DNA of 35,285 bases from the IMG/VR virus record IMGVR_UViG_3300017560_000302, positions 1 through 35,285 of that record. One strand, written 5' to 3'. Below the pieces are notes generated by a model. The model ran no database searches. It saw nothing but the letters and a program-made list of their open reading frames with translations, and had not been told where the DNA came from. Origin of the DNA: a virus (lineage: Duplodnaviria; Caudoviricetes). The position numbers and the translations under genes are program-made. Positions 1-9,300 of the stretch are shown in pieces (the stretch's first letter is position 1; each line of letters starts with the position of its first letter).

Positions 1-194
1 TCAGAGCGCAAAGCGCTGGAAACAAAGTTCGTCAACAAGATCGACAAAAAGACTGTATCGATCAATTGTGTTGGTAGCAAGGCTGTTGAGCTGCCTTGGC
101 TGCTGGGCCTCGTACACGATGCCCTTCTGGATCGGCCGTTCACCCGGTACCCGGTCGCTGAGCATATCGGTGGCGCATTACTCACGACCGAAAC

Positions 195-225
195 AAAAAA
201 GCCCCGCCACCCTCTCGGGCGGGGC
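195..225 (-). terminator. Intrinsic terminator ending the minus-strand late transcript
   Basis: GCCCCGCC(201-208)/GGCGGGGC(218-225) stem; A6 at 195-200 gives a U-tract on the minus strand. Confidence 0.75.
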
Positions 226-299
226 AGTCTTGGGAACATCGGCGGGAGTCAGACCGCCATCAAGGATTATCGCGGGCGGCCTCGAGTCGGGCAAGACTG

Positions 300-470
300 C
301 TACCTCACCACCTCAACCTCGATGTCCCGCGCCTCGGTGACGATAGGCGAAATGTTGTGGAGCGGGTTGCAGACGTAGCTTGAGACGACGCGGTAGCGCG
401 CCTGGCCCGGCGCGAAGTTCGAGGGATCGGCAGCGTGGTCACATACCAGTCCCGGCCGAGCGGGCCGGTT
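300..470 (-). pseudogene. 3' remnant of a phage lysis-region hypothetical gene, 5'-truncated and frameshifted
   Basis: Manual translation gives TGPLGRDWYVTTLPIP then, after a 1-nt shift at GGG 423-425, SNFAPGQARYRVVSSYVCNPLHNISPIVTEARDIEVEVVR* (TAG at 300-302). It has protein-like codon usage, the terminator follows, and it has no start. Confidence 0.55.
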
Positions 471-485
471 TGTGATAGGCGCAGC

Positions 486-511
486 GGAACAGGCTGGCCC
501 TCGTCGCAGTT
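486..511 (+). promoter_or_regulatory. EcfG/sigmaT (general stress response)-type promoter
   Basis: GGAAC(486-490)-N17-AGTT(508-511), close to the alphaproteobacterial GGAAC-N16/17-CGTT consensus, just upstream of SD GGAGGA and ATG 535. Confidence 0.55.
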
Positions 512-534
512 TTCAGGACTTCGGAGGACACCAA

Positions 535-762
535 ATGACAGATCAGAGTCCCGGCCAAACGCTTGCCGAAGAAGAGGAGCACGTTCTCCGCTGCTTGGGC
601 GCGGCAGTCATCATGCAGTGGAACTCGCTGCCCCGCGAGTTGCAGAAGGAATTGTTCGATAGCGCCAGTTCAGTTGGATCGCTGTTGCACACGGAAGAAC
701 TCCGCGGACAGATTTCCCGTTTCCTGCACAAACATAAAGATGACGACCTGGCAGCGAGTTAG
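535..762 (+). CDS. Small conserved Rhizobiales-type hypothetical protein (75 aa), probable stress-regulon gene
   Basis: SD GGAGGA 523-528, ATG 535; MTDQSPGQTLAEEEEHVLRCLGAAVIMQWNSLPRELQKELF... Confidence 0.75.
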   Translation: MTDQSPGQTLAEEEEHVLRCLGAAVIMQWNSLPRELQKELFDSASSVGSLLHTEELRGQISRFLHKHKDDDLAAS

Positions 763-920
763 AAGCGCCTATCAACTCCTTCGGAGGCTGCCTTTCAGAA
801 CTCCTTTGTCGATCACGGCCTCATGAGAAATATATAATTAGCGCATTGCATCCGATGCATTCGTCGCCACTTAGGTAGAAGCAGGGAATATCCTTTTCTT
901 GCGGTTTGAAAGGTCATTCA

Positions 921-1052
921 ATGACTGACAAGTCCTCAGCCGAAAACAACAACGATCAAAAGAAGGCTGCTTCGGATACTGCACCGTCGCCTCAGCAGAC
1001 CCAGGGCGACAAGAAGGATGTCGGAAAGCCGACACCCGAACAGCAGAAGTAA
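921..1052 (+). CDS. 43-aa hydrophilic low-complexity peptide (hydrophilin-like)
   Basis: SD-like GAAAGG, ATG 921, TAA 1050-1052; MTDKSSAENNNDQKKAASDTAPSPQQTQGDKKDVGKPTPEQQK. Below the ORF-track cutoff. Confidence 0.6.
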   Translation: MTDKSSAENNNDQKKAASDTAPSPQQTQGDKKDVGKPTPEQQK

Positions 1053-1106
1053 ACCAATAATCGTTCGCAGAGGCTCGGTTTACCGAGCTTCTGCGCATGC
1101 GTAACC

Positions 1107-1472
1107 TCACGTCACCTCATCCCGCCCCCTCGCCCTCAGTCCCGCCTCGATCAGACGATCCAGGCGCTTGTTGAGCCCGTCGAGGGCATCGACAAGCCGC
1201 TGCTCGGTCTTCGCCTGGCTCTGGACAAGCCGCCGCTCGACGTCCGCGATGGTCGTGTGGGCGACGAACTCCCGCACCGCCTGCTCGCGGTAGAGCGAGA
1301 ACTGCGCGGACAGCGTGCTGACCCGTTCATTTGCTTCGTGAGCCTCCTGGCCGGCTGCCTCAGCTTTGGTTTGCGCCTGAGACAATCGATCACTCCAGTT
1401 GAGCCAGAAGCCCAGCACTGCGAGGCCGGCCACTGTGAGGCCCGAGATCGCTCCGAGGACAGCCGGCTCCAT
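1107..1472 (-). CDS. Lysis-cassette membrane protein (N-terminal TM plus coiled coil)
   Basis: Start reassigned to MEPAVLGAISGLTVAGLAVLGFWLNW (ATG 1472, SD GAGGG); heptad-like C-terminus; directly after the holin. Confidence 0.7.
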   Translation of the reverse strand: MEPAVLGAISGLTVAGLAVLGFWLNWSDRLSQAQTKAEAAGQEAHEANERVSTLSAQFSLYREQAVREFVAHTTIADVERRLVQSQAKTEQRLVDALDGLNKRLDRLIEAGLRARGRDEVT

Positions 1473-1479
1473 GGTGCCC

Positions 1480-2046
1480 TCACTTGCGTGCGATTGTTTT
1501 GATGGCCCGGCCGATGAGGCCGCCGGAGTCCTTGCCGTCGAGCGCCGCGACCTTGGCGCGGGTGCTGTCCTGCGCCACGAAGCCATTGAGGCCGGCGAGG
1601 ATGGCGAACCACGAAAGCGCACCGGCAAGCGCCGTGGTGACGGCGTTGAGGCTGGCGGGATCGGCACGCCACAGCGCGATGACGAGCGGCGGCAAGACCG
1701 CCACAGCCCAAAGCAGGGTCGCGTAGCCGATCAGGTGTCGCCAGTGCCACCAGGACACGCCCGCTCCCAGCTCGGCGCGGATCGTCTCGTTAACGTGCTC
1801 AGCCTGCCCGACATGGACGGCGAGGTACTTGTAGCGCTCGGCCGCCTCGCTCTCGGCCTGGGCGATGGCGGCGGCGACTTCGGGGCCGCCCTGCTCCAGC
1901 CTGGCCTGCACCGCCTCAGGCGTCGGATCGGTGCCGAGCGCCGTGGCGAGGATCTGACCCGCAGCGCTCCCCATGGGGCCCAGAAGGACGCCACCCAGTG
2001 TCGGCGCGATCCCGCCGAGAACCTTGCCGATATCTGACCACTGCAT
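1480..2046 (-). CDS. Putative holin (3TM/GTA-holin-like)
   Basis: Gly/Ala-rich N-terminus IAPTLGGVLLGPMG, WRHLIGY motif followed by two hydrophobic helices; follows the endolysin. Confidence 0.7.
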   Translation of the reverse strand: MQWSDIGKVLGGIAPTLGGVLLGPMGSAAGQILATALGTDPTPEAVQARLEQGGPEVAAAIAQAESEAAERYKYLAVHVGQAEHVNETIRAELGAGVSWWHWRHLIGYATLLWAVAVLPPLVIALWRADPASLNAVTTALAGALSWFAILAGLNGFVAQDSTRAKVAALDGKDSGGLIGRAIKTIARK

Positions 2047-2056
2047 GTCCTGCTCC

Positions 2057-2968
2057 TCAGTTCCAGTTGGCTTCGACCGCCCTGCGCTTCCGGACGATCA
2101 GGACGGCTGCGACGATGGCGACGGCGATGCCGACGCCGATGAGCGTCCAGGCCGCCACGGACGGCACCAGGACAGCCTGATCCGCCGCGCCTGTGGCCTT
2201 GCCCGCTTCGTTGAGAGTGCCGCCTGTGGCCGCCGCAGCGCCGCCCGTGCGGGCCACGCGCTCCTTGGCGGTCGCGGTGTCGATCACGTCCTGCGGCGGC
2301 TTGGCTGTCGGCGGCGCGCCGGGCAACCGGGCGACCACGGCCGTGATCCGGGCCAGCCGCGCCTTGCGGTCAGCGAGACCGATGGTGCCGCCGTTCAGCA
2401 GCTTGGTGTGACCGGTAAAATCGCCCACGTCCGCCTTGGCGTTGAGCCCCTTCCACGCCACCACGGCGGCGGTGATATCCGGCGCCAGCGCAGCCGAGGC
2501 GGCCAGCACCGGCGTCCTGGTGATGGCCGTACCGATCCGGTTCTCGACCGCCTGATAGCCGCTCCGGCCGGTTACCATCATCGGACCCCGGCCGATGAAA
2601 TCGAACCCGTCATTCGTGCGGGGACGGTTCCCCATCCGACCGCCATAGACGGAATTCATCAGCTTCCGGCGGAAGTCGGGGTCACCTGCCCGGCTGCCGA
2701 TCTTGGCGTAGAGGTCGGACACCGACTTGAACCGGGACGGCCAGACCTGCACGGCTCGCTCCGGGCTATAGGCGATGCTCTCCGTGAGCATCGTCAGGCC
2801 CTTGGTCTCGTGATCAACCTGCGCCAGCGTATAGGCCAGCCGCTGCCGGGTGTGGTTGACGCCGGAGGCAGCCAACACATCCTGCTCGTCGAGATAGGCA
2901 TTGATGATCGCTTCGGGCGCCTTCGGGAAAATCTCCCTCAGGCCCTCCCGCGTGAGCTGGATGGTCAT
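2057..2968 (-). CDS. Endolysin, glycoside hydrolase family 19 (chitinase-like), with C-terminal membrane anchor
   Basis: LAQVDHET, YGGRMGN, DGFDFIGRG, TGRSGY and LNGGTIGLADR motifs typical of GH19 phage lysins; C-terminal AWTLIGVGIAVAIVAAVLIVRKRR. Confidence 0.85.
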   Translation of the reverse strand: MTIQLTREGLREIFPKAPEAIINAYLDEQDVLAASGVNHTRQRLAYTLAQVDHETKGLTMLTESIAYSPERAVQVWPSRFKSVSDLYAKIGSRAGDPDFRRKLMNSVYGGRMGNRPRTNDGFDFIGRGPMMVTGRSGYQAVENRIGTAITRTPVLAASAALAPDITAAVVAWKGLNAKADVGDFTGHTKLLNGGTIGLADRKARLARITAVVARLPGAPPTAKPPQDVIDTATAKERVARTGGAAAATGGTLNEAGKATGAADQAVLVPSVAAWTLIGVGIAVAIVAAVLIVRKRRAVEANWN

Positions 2969-3117
2969 GATGGCCTCTTTGTTCCAGGACTAGTGCGGCT
3001 GAATGACGCGCTGGTGGGTTAAATTGCCGCCAGTTCCTTCACCAAAAGGACGCCATCTGGTGCTGCCTAAGGGGCAATTGAGGGGGGTGATAATGTTGGA
3101 CAGAGACGCTGTTGGTG

Positions 3118-3270
3118 ATGGCCGTACGCTACGAAAACCTTGCTGCCAAAAGCATTTCTGACCAAGCTCGACGGACCTTCAATATTTCAGCACAACAACT
3201 ACGAGAAATGGCGGCCAAAGAATTCGAAAGCGAAACGGCGAAACGTCGAATACCCGCGGCGACTCCTTAA
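3118..3270 (+). CDS. Small antisense accessory ORF (50 aa), possibly 5'-frameshifted
   Basis: MAVRYENLAAKSISDQARRTFNISAQQLREMAAKEFESETAKRRIPAATP*. The SD-like G-run precedes an out-of-frame ATG at 3093. Confidence 0.45.
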   Translation: MAVRYENLAAKSISDQARRTFNISAQQLREMAAKEFESETAKRRIPAATP

Positions 3271-3303
3271 GGATGATGCGCCGACACGCGACGCATCGCC
3301 TCA

Positions 3304-3352
3304 ACCGGAGCCAGAGCGATCCTTCCCCGGCCGGTTCTGGCTCCGGTCTTTT
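3304..3352 (+). terminator. Terminator-like inverted repeat between the antisense ORF and the convergent tail-region gene
   Basis: ACCGGAGCCAGA(3304-3315)/TCTGGCTCCGGT(3336-3347) 12-bp inverted repeat followed by CTTTT. Confidence 0.5.
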
Positions 3353-3353
3353 A

Positions 3354-3728
3354 TCAGCCTTCGAAATCGCTGATGATCGGCGCGATCTGCGCCAGCATGG
3401 CGCCGGTGATGCGCGGATTGTCCGACAGCTTCAGGTCCGCCATCGTGATCGTCTTCAGGTCGATCGATTCTTCCTGAGCGCGGTAGACCGCGTCGTCCTC
3501 GCCGTGCTGCATGTGCGCCAGCGCGACCTCGGCATTGCCGGTCGCCTCGGAGAGCAGCTGCTTCTGCCGCGCCTGGCTGGCCCGTTCATAGGCTTCTACG
3601 ACCGGCTGGAGCCGGACCATGTTGAGCGCGATCTTGATGCGCGCCTCGCCCAGCTTGGTCTTCTCGTCGCGCTCAAGCGCCATGAGCCCACCCAGCAGAC
3701 GCTGGGCGGTTCCGATTGTGATCTTCAT
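3354..3728 (-). CDS. Phage hypothetical protein (helical, DUF1617-like) downstream of the tail fibre
   Basis: 124-aa ORF, SD GAGGA, position and amphipathic helical pattern. Confidence 0.65.
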   Translation of the reverse strand: MKITIGTAQRLLGGLMALERDEKTKLGEARIKIALNMVRLQPVVEAYERASQARQKQLLSEATGNAEVALAHMQHGEDDAVYRAQEESIDLKTITMADLKLSDNPRITGAMLAQIAPIISDFEG

Positions 3729-3789
3729 GATTGTCCTCAGATGATTGGATAGTGGATGCTGGCCGCGTGCCGGCCGGGATGCGCCGGGA

Positions 3790-3990
3790 TCAGCCCGCCG
3801 GCGCGGAGGTGACGGTCGGCGTGGAGATCGTGACGACCTCGCGCGGAGTGCCGCCGTCCGTCACGACATAGGAGCCGGGGCGGAGCTTTCCGGCCGCCTC
3901 GCGCGCGGCCTCGAAGGAGTCGAACGGCCCCCAGCAGGACGGCACGATGGCGCCGGGTTTCGCACCCTCACGATAGATGAAGGATTTCAT
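3790..3990 (-). CDS. Phage hypothetical protein (66 aa)
   Basis: Strong SD GAGGAGG before ATG 3990; MKSFIYREGAKPGAIVPSCWGPFDSFEAAREAA... Confidence 0.65.
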   Translation of the reverse strand: MKSFIYREGAKPGAIVPSCWGPFDSFEAAREAAGKLRPGSYVVTDGGTPREVVTISTPTVTSAPAG

Positions 3991-4020
3991 TTGCAACCTC
4001 CTCTGACGCGCGCGTGGCGC

Positions 4021-4275
4021 TCAGTGCGTGACGGCGGCTTCGCCATCGGCTGGGGCAAGCGGCTTCGGATCGGCCTCGACCAGGACGGGCTTGCCGCCCT
4101 CATCCCGGATCTGCTTTTCCAGTTCTGCAATGCGGGCATCGCGGAGCTTGATTACGGAGGCGCGATGCTCCAGTTCGCCGGCCAGGCTGGCGCAGCGGGA
4201 AGCGTAGTGATCGCGCTGGCGCTCCAGCTCCTTGAGATGGCCGGCGAGGTGCTGCGGTGTGATCTGCTGTGACAT
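4021..4275 (-). CDS. Phage coiled-coil hypothetical protein
   Basis: SD GAGGA before ATG 4275; HLKELERQRD...RIAELEKQI heptads; typical small gene after a tail fibre. Confidence 0.65.
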   Translation of the reverse strand: MSQQITPQHLAGHLKELERQRDHYASRCASLAGELEHRASVIKLRDARIAELEKQIRDEGGKPVLVEADPKPLAPADGEAAVTH

Positions 4276-4277
4276 GG

Positions 4278-4511
4278 TCATTCCTCGGGTTGCGGGAAGG
4301 GCGTCGGCGGCGGGACATATCCCCACGGCCGGGGCTCGGTGATGCCGTTCAGCACGGCGATATCCGTCAGCGCGGCCAGCAAAGGAAGCTGCGACCGCTT
4401 GACCAGATAGACATTGTCGGTATCGCGGCGGCCTTCCTCGCTCGCGAAAATCTCAAACACGGGATCGTCGCCAGTGATGTCGCACTGGACGCGCCAGACT
4501 TGCAGGGCCAT
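4278..4511 (-). CDS. Phage hypothetical protein (77 aa)
   Basis: SD AAGGAGG before ATG 4511; directly after the tail fibre. Confidence 0.65.
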   Translation of the reverse strand: MALQVWRVQCDITGDDPVFEIFASEEGRRDTDNVYLVKRSQLPLLAALTDIAVLNGITEPRPWGYVPPPTPFPQPEE

Positions 4512-4539
4512 CGCGGCCTCCTTTGTGGTGATGATGGGA

Positions 4540-6327
4540 TTAGGCGGCGGTTTCGAGCGCGCGGAGCCGCCTGTCGATATCGTGAACGTGGATGGCGTTC
4601 AGCTCGGCGGTCTGCCAGAGCTTCTGGACCATGCCGCCGAGCGAGACGCCGTTGACGACACCGTCGATCACATCGTTGAGGTCGGGCATGCCCCAGAGGC
4701 GATGATGCGTGGTGAAATGCGCCGCATATTTTGCCGGATCGAACATCTCCTGATCGAGCGCGTCAGCCAATGTGGCTAACCGGCCAGAATACGTCGCCGC
4801 GCGGCCGGCCCAGCGGTCGAATACGTAGTCGGTCAGCAGGACGTTGTCGTCATAGATGGCGACCGCATTGAGCGACCCCGCTCCTTTATCCCCGCCGGTC
4901 GGGGAGCCGATGGTCACGCCGCCCGTGTGATGGAACCTTGCCCGTTCCGTCAAATGTTCGTCATTAACTCCATGTCGCAACGAAATGAGAAGATCACCAA
5001 CTGAACCGGCCGTGCCATCGATCACATAGGCTTTGACCATCGCAAACGGAAGCTGGTGGCCGAATGCAGTGCCCAGCAAAAGCGCACCACCAGCGCCAGA
5101 CGACCCCGCCCCGTCCTGAATGTATAGCGAGCCGCCTTTGGGGCCATCGTCCGCCCATGCCCCGGTCGTTTGCCCTAGGCCATAAATCGAGACCGGATAA
5201 ACGCTCGACGCATCTCCCAAACGCACCTTGCCGCCAACGACGAGGTTTTCGACAATTCCAACACCCCCAGCAACTCGCAGCGCTCCGGTCGAAACACTTG
5301 TCGCGCTGGAGGTGCCAGTAAGCGTCAGAACGCCGGTACGCGATAGCGACATTATGTTGTTGACGGTAACTGTATCTCCATTCACCCCGCTAGTCGTCGT
5401 GGCGAACCAGTTCGTCGTACCATCAACGCCATAAAAGGAGGTCAATCCCCCATAGGTCGGCGTGCTGGCATGACCCGCGATCTCGTAATGGTCGATATCG
5501 AAGGCAAGCCCGTACCAGATGATCCCGTTGAGTGCGCCGTAGGGCGAATATAGCGACAATGCGCCCCCAGTGAATATGTCGGCATTGCCGGTATCCCAAT
5601 GAAGGTTCCCCTGGTTGCCTTGCTTGTCGAGGAAAACCTGACCGGGACCGAGAACCCGCCCACTTGTTGGACGTAGAATAATCTGGTCGGTAATCCGCAG
5701 CTGATAATTAGCGCCAGTCACAAACGAAAGGCTGTTTGCCGCGTCGGCCCAGATGCCCGTGTCAGAATCACCTATGACCGCCCAGCCCGGCAGCGCTTGC
5801 GTGCCCGCCCGCACCCTCACCTGCCCCGACACCGGATCGACCACCAGCGCCTTGGCCCACGTCGACTCGGAGAGATACTTGACCGACCAGTCGGTATCGG
5901 CCGAGCCATAGCCCATCAGGCCCATGGAGATCAGCGCGGCGCCGGCGGTCTTGAACACCATGCCGGCATTGCCGCTGGTCGTGGTGCGGTTCGGCCCGAA
6001 ATATTCCGAGCCGCCAGCGGACGTGAGAAGGGAGGTGTACTTCGTCACGAAGTCCGACAGCCGCGTCGCGAGGTTGGACACCTGCCCGCGTAGCGGCGAG
6101 GTCCTGAAGATCAGATAGCCCAAGGCTGATTGCGTCGTGCCCTGATAGGCCCGATCCAGCACGATATGCGTATCGTCGGTGACGGTGACGACCTCATAGA
6201 ACTGCCCGCCCGGCACATAGAACTGATCGCCCTGCATGATCGCGGCGGCGAACAGCGTATCCGTGCCGGTGACATTGGCGGAGCCATTAGTGACGGCGAC
6301 GGTGCCGTCGCGATAGGACGTAGCCAT
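4540..6327 (-). CDS. Tail fibre / receptor-binding protein with C-terminal chaperone-like region
   Basis: N-terminal GTVAVTNGSANVTGTDTLF...V.DDTHIVLDRAYQG anchor, Gly/Thr-rich beta-repeats (TGALRVAGGVGI), C-terminal DYVFD...LGGMVQKLWQTAE..AIHVHDIDRRLRALE coil resembling an intramolecular chaperone. Confidence 0.85.
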   Translation of the reverse strand: MATSYRDGTVAVTNGSANVTGTDTLFAAAIMQGDQFYVPGGQFYEVVTVTDDTHIVLDRAYQGTTQSALGYLIFRTSPLRGQVSNLATRLSDFVTKYTSLLTSAGGSEYFGPNRTTTSGNAGMVFKTAGAALISMGLMGYGSADTDWSVKYLSESTWAKALVVDPVSGQVRVRAGTQALPGWAVIGDSDTGIWADAANSLSFVTGANYQLRITDQIILRPTSGRVLGPGQVFLDKQGNQGNLHWDTGNADIFTGGALSLYSPYGALNGIIWYGLAFDIDHYEIAGHASTPTYGGLTSFYGVDGTTNWFATTTSGVNGDTVTVNNIMSLSRTGVLTLTGTSSATSVSTGALRVAGGVGIVENLVVGGKVRLGDASSVYPVSIYGLGQTTGAWADDGPKGGSLYIQDGAGSSGAGGALLLGTAFGHQLPFAMVKAYVIDGTAGSVGDLLISLRHGVNDEHLTERARFHHTGGVTIGSPTGGDKGAGSLNAVAIYDDNVLLTDYVFDRWAGRAATYSGRLATLADALDQEMFDPAKYAAHFTTHHRLWGMPDLNDVIDGVVNGVSLGGMVQKLWQTAELNAIHVHDIDRRLRALETAA

Positions 6328-6367
6328 GAGAGAGACCTCGATATGATGATGTGTGGCTCAAGGCGCG

Positions 6368-9300
6368 TTAGCGCCGGAATTCCATCAGCGTGACGTAGGC
6401 ATGGTCGAAAGACATGTACGCCCAAACCGGATAGGTGATGACGCCGGGTAACCACATCCGGATGCGGACCTTGAGCGTAGCCGGCAGCGAGATAGATGAC
6501 GGCAGTTCGACCGGGAAGAATGCCTGCTGCACCCCGGTCGCTAAATAGGCCGGGCCCGAAGATGGATGGCTCAGGCGCATGACCGTGCTCGGGTGTGTAT
6601 ATCCGCCGATCTCGACGGAATAATCTGCATAGGGATAGTAGGTTCGACCAGCCCAGCCATCGGCATCGGGCGGGCTGTCCGGCCGTTCGTCAACCCGGAA
6701 AAAGAGCAGGAATTTGCCGCTGATAATTTCGACATCCATCTCCGCAACTGTGTAGGTGCCGGCAGCGCCATGGACTATCGTGAATGGGTCGAAGCTGCCG
6801 ACCGTCTGGTAGAGCGTCGCCGCGCCGACCGTCAGCTCCCGCGCCGTGATTGAATCAGCGGCCAGATGACCGTTGATCGTAACCCGCGGTATCCCGTCGA
6901 CCATCGCAACGCCGAAGACCGGGAATGGGTCCTCATCTTCATCGTTGAGGGCGATCAGGAAGCTGTCAGCTCGGAATGCGATTCCGCTACTTTCGCCATC
7001 GGCATAGGCAACCATGCTGGCGATGTTGCCGTCCGCATCCACCTCCAGAAAATACGAGGCGCTAAGCCGGCCATCTATTCCAGCGAGGGCCGACGATACA
7101 ATGCCGACATACGTCTCCAGGTCACCGAATCCAGCCGATACGAGGTCGACCTGCTCGGCCAAAGCCTCATCGCCATCGGCCCGCGCCACGTTCGATGCTG
7201 TGATCGCCGCGGAAAGGTCCGATTCGGCCAATTCGAGCGCGGCTTGCAGCATCAGCAGGTCCGAGGCGAGCGCACTCTGTCCATCGGCACGGATGACCTG
7301 TTCTTGCTCGAGCAGGGCGGCAGTGTCTTCGATCAGGCCGGCCAGCACGAGACGTGCCTGCGCTTCCGCGATGCCCTGGTCGTCGATCTTGGCGGACAGG
7401 CTCTGCCGCGCCGTCGCCATCTCCACATTGAGCGCATCCCCGCGCTCGACGCCGTCGAGGATCGTGTCGATCAGGGCCGTCCCCAACGCCCGGCTGCTGT
7501 CGCTCTCCCGCGTCTGATCAACGCTAAACTCGATGGCGCCGCGCATGGCGCTGAGAGTGCCCTGCACGCTTGTGACCGTCGACGACAGGTCCGACAGGTC
7601 CGCGTAATCAGCTTTGAGGCCGATCTCGCCCTCCAGCGCCGAGAGGCTGAGCGAGACATCGGACAGGGCGTCGTTAGTGTCCCCAAGCTGCGCCAGCGTG
7701 GCGCGCAGGTCGATCTCCGCCTGCATGCCGTCGATGGCGATCTCTGCCGTCGAGACGCGAGCCTCCAGATCCCCCAGCACGAGCTGCTGGAATTGCGACT
7801 GGCCCAGCGCGAAATAATCGATCTCGAACACGTCCCCCGGACCCGAGCCGAGATCGAGCCGCACGGCCTCGATATCTCCCGTCCACGCCGCCTCGTTGGT
7901 CAGTAGCAGCGTCGGCGAATTCCACGCCGTGGGATCTGCGGGCACAGCGAAGGCCGCGCTATGCTCAAATGACGCGCCCCAGCGGAGCGTGACATAGCCC
8001 GAGCCCGCCAAACGCCGGACCTTGATCTGCGCCACCTTGAAGGTGTCCGCGTTGAGGTCGATGGCCGGCGACACGATGCCCGGGCCGGCGTCCGTGCCCG
8101 TCACGGTGATGGAGCCAGCGCCCGTCGCTATCGACGCGTCGTAGCCTGTCCAGCCCTCATCGGTGCCGTTCCACTCCCAGCGATAGGCCGGATCAAATCC
8201 GGCCGCGATAGCCGCCACGGCATCGGCCAGTTGTGTGACGCTGGCCTTGAGATTGATCTGCCCCTGCTTCGCGTCAAACTCGGCTGACACCGTGGACTTG
8301 TAGGTCGCGAAATCCTTGGCGAACTGATCGAAGGCATAGATCCGCACCTGGCCAGTGGACGGGTTGACCTCGATACCGGCTCCGGTCAGCGTCTCTTTGA
8401 CCTCCGCCGCGTCGAGGATCGCCGCAATGGCCGCATCGCCCAGCGCATTCATCTGCTCGGCCGGGGTGACCGGGATCAGACCCTCGAAGATCGGCGCGAA
8501 TGGATTGGTGCCGTCGCCCGGCAGCGAAGACACCGGCTGGAGGGCGGCTATGGCGGCCCTGCCGGCCTCCACAACGGCTCGGGCCTGATTATTCAAGGCA
8601 TCGAGATCGACACCCCCAGCAGCCACGCTGAGGCTCTGCGGCACCACATGGTCCGCCCCTGCCGTCACCTCCTCCCAATCCGTCCATGACGTATCCCGGA
8701 CCGGCGTCGTCTCCAGCTTCGCCCGGACCTCATAGGCGGTGCCGGCCTGGATGCCGCTGGAGATCATCGCCATGCCGGCCGAGGGCACCGGCGCGACGGT
8801 CTCTACGGCATCCGTCTCACCCACCTTACGGTGCTGGATGACGAGCCGGTCCACGGCCGGAGCCGTGATCGGCGTCCATGTGGCCTTGATGGCCGGGAGC
8901 ACAAGGCCGCCCCAACCGGTGAGCTGCGCCGTGACGGCCCCAAAGTCCGGGACATCCGTGATGATCTGTCCGGGGTCCGGCGACACGCCCGGCGCAAGGG
9001 GATCGAGTTCGGCCGCCGTGGTCCAGGCAAATACCGATCCGGCGATCTGGCGCCAGGCGATATCCACCCGCTGATCCGGCCGAATATTGGCCGACAGGAT
9101 CTCGGCCGTTATCGCGCCATGACGCAGCGACGTGATCGGGATCCAGTCGCCGGGCTGCGCCGCGATCCATTTCGCGCCGACCGTGCAGGATCCATGAGCC
9201 TGCATCATCGAACGCCGGCGCCGGATCTCTGCCACCCGCTGCGCCTGCGACACGCTCGAGATCTGGGTGAGGTCGATATGCTCGGCGAGGCGTTCGCCCA

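Noticed and set aside
1-378. Open plus frame 1-378 and a 54-codon minus ORF at 1-165
   Set aside because: Neither has a recognisable motif and the context is cut by the window edge, so I cannot decide which, if either, is real.
885-907. EcfG promoter for the 43-aa peptide
   Set aside because: GGAAT...GGTT spacing is too short for the consensus.
4540-7000. Diversity-generating retroelement or invertible tail-fibre cassette
   Set aside because: No reverse transcriptase, no template/variable repeat pair, and no invertase or flanking inverted repeats were seen.
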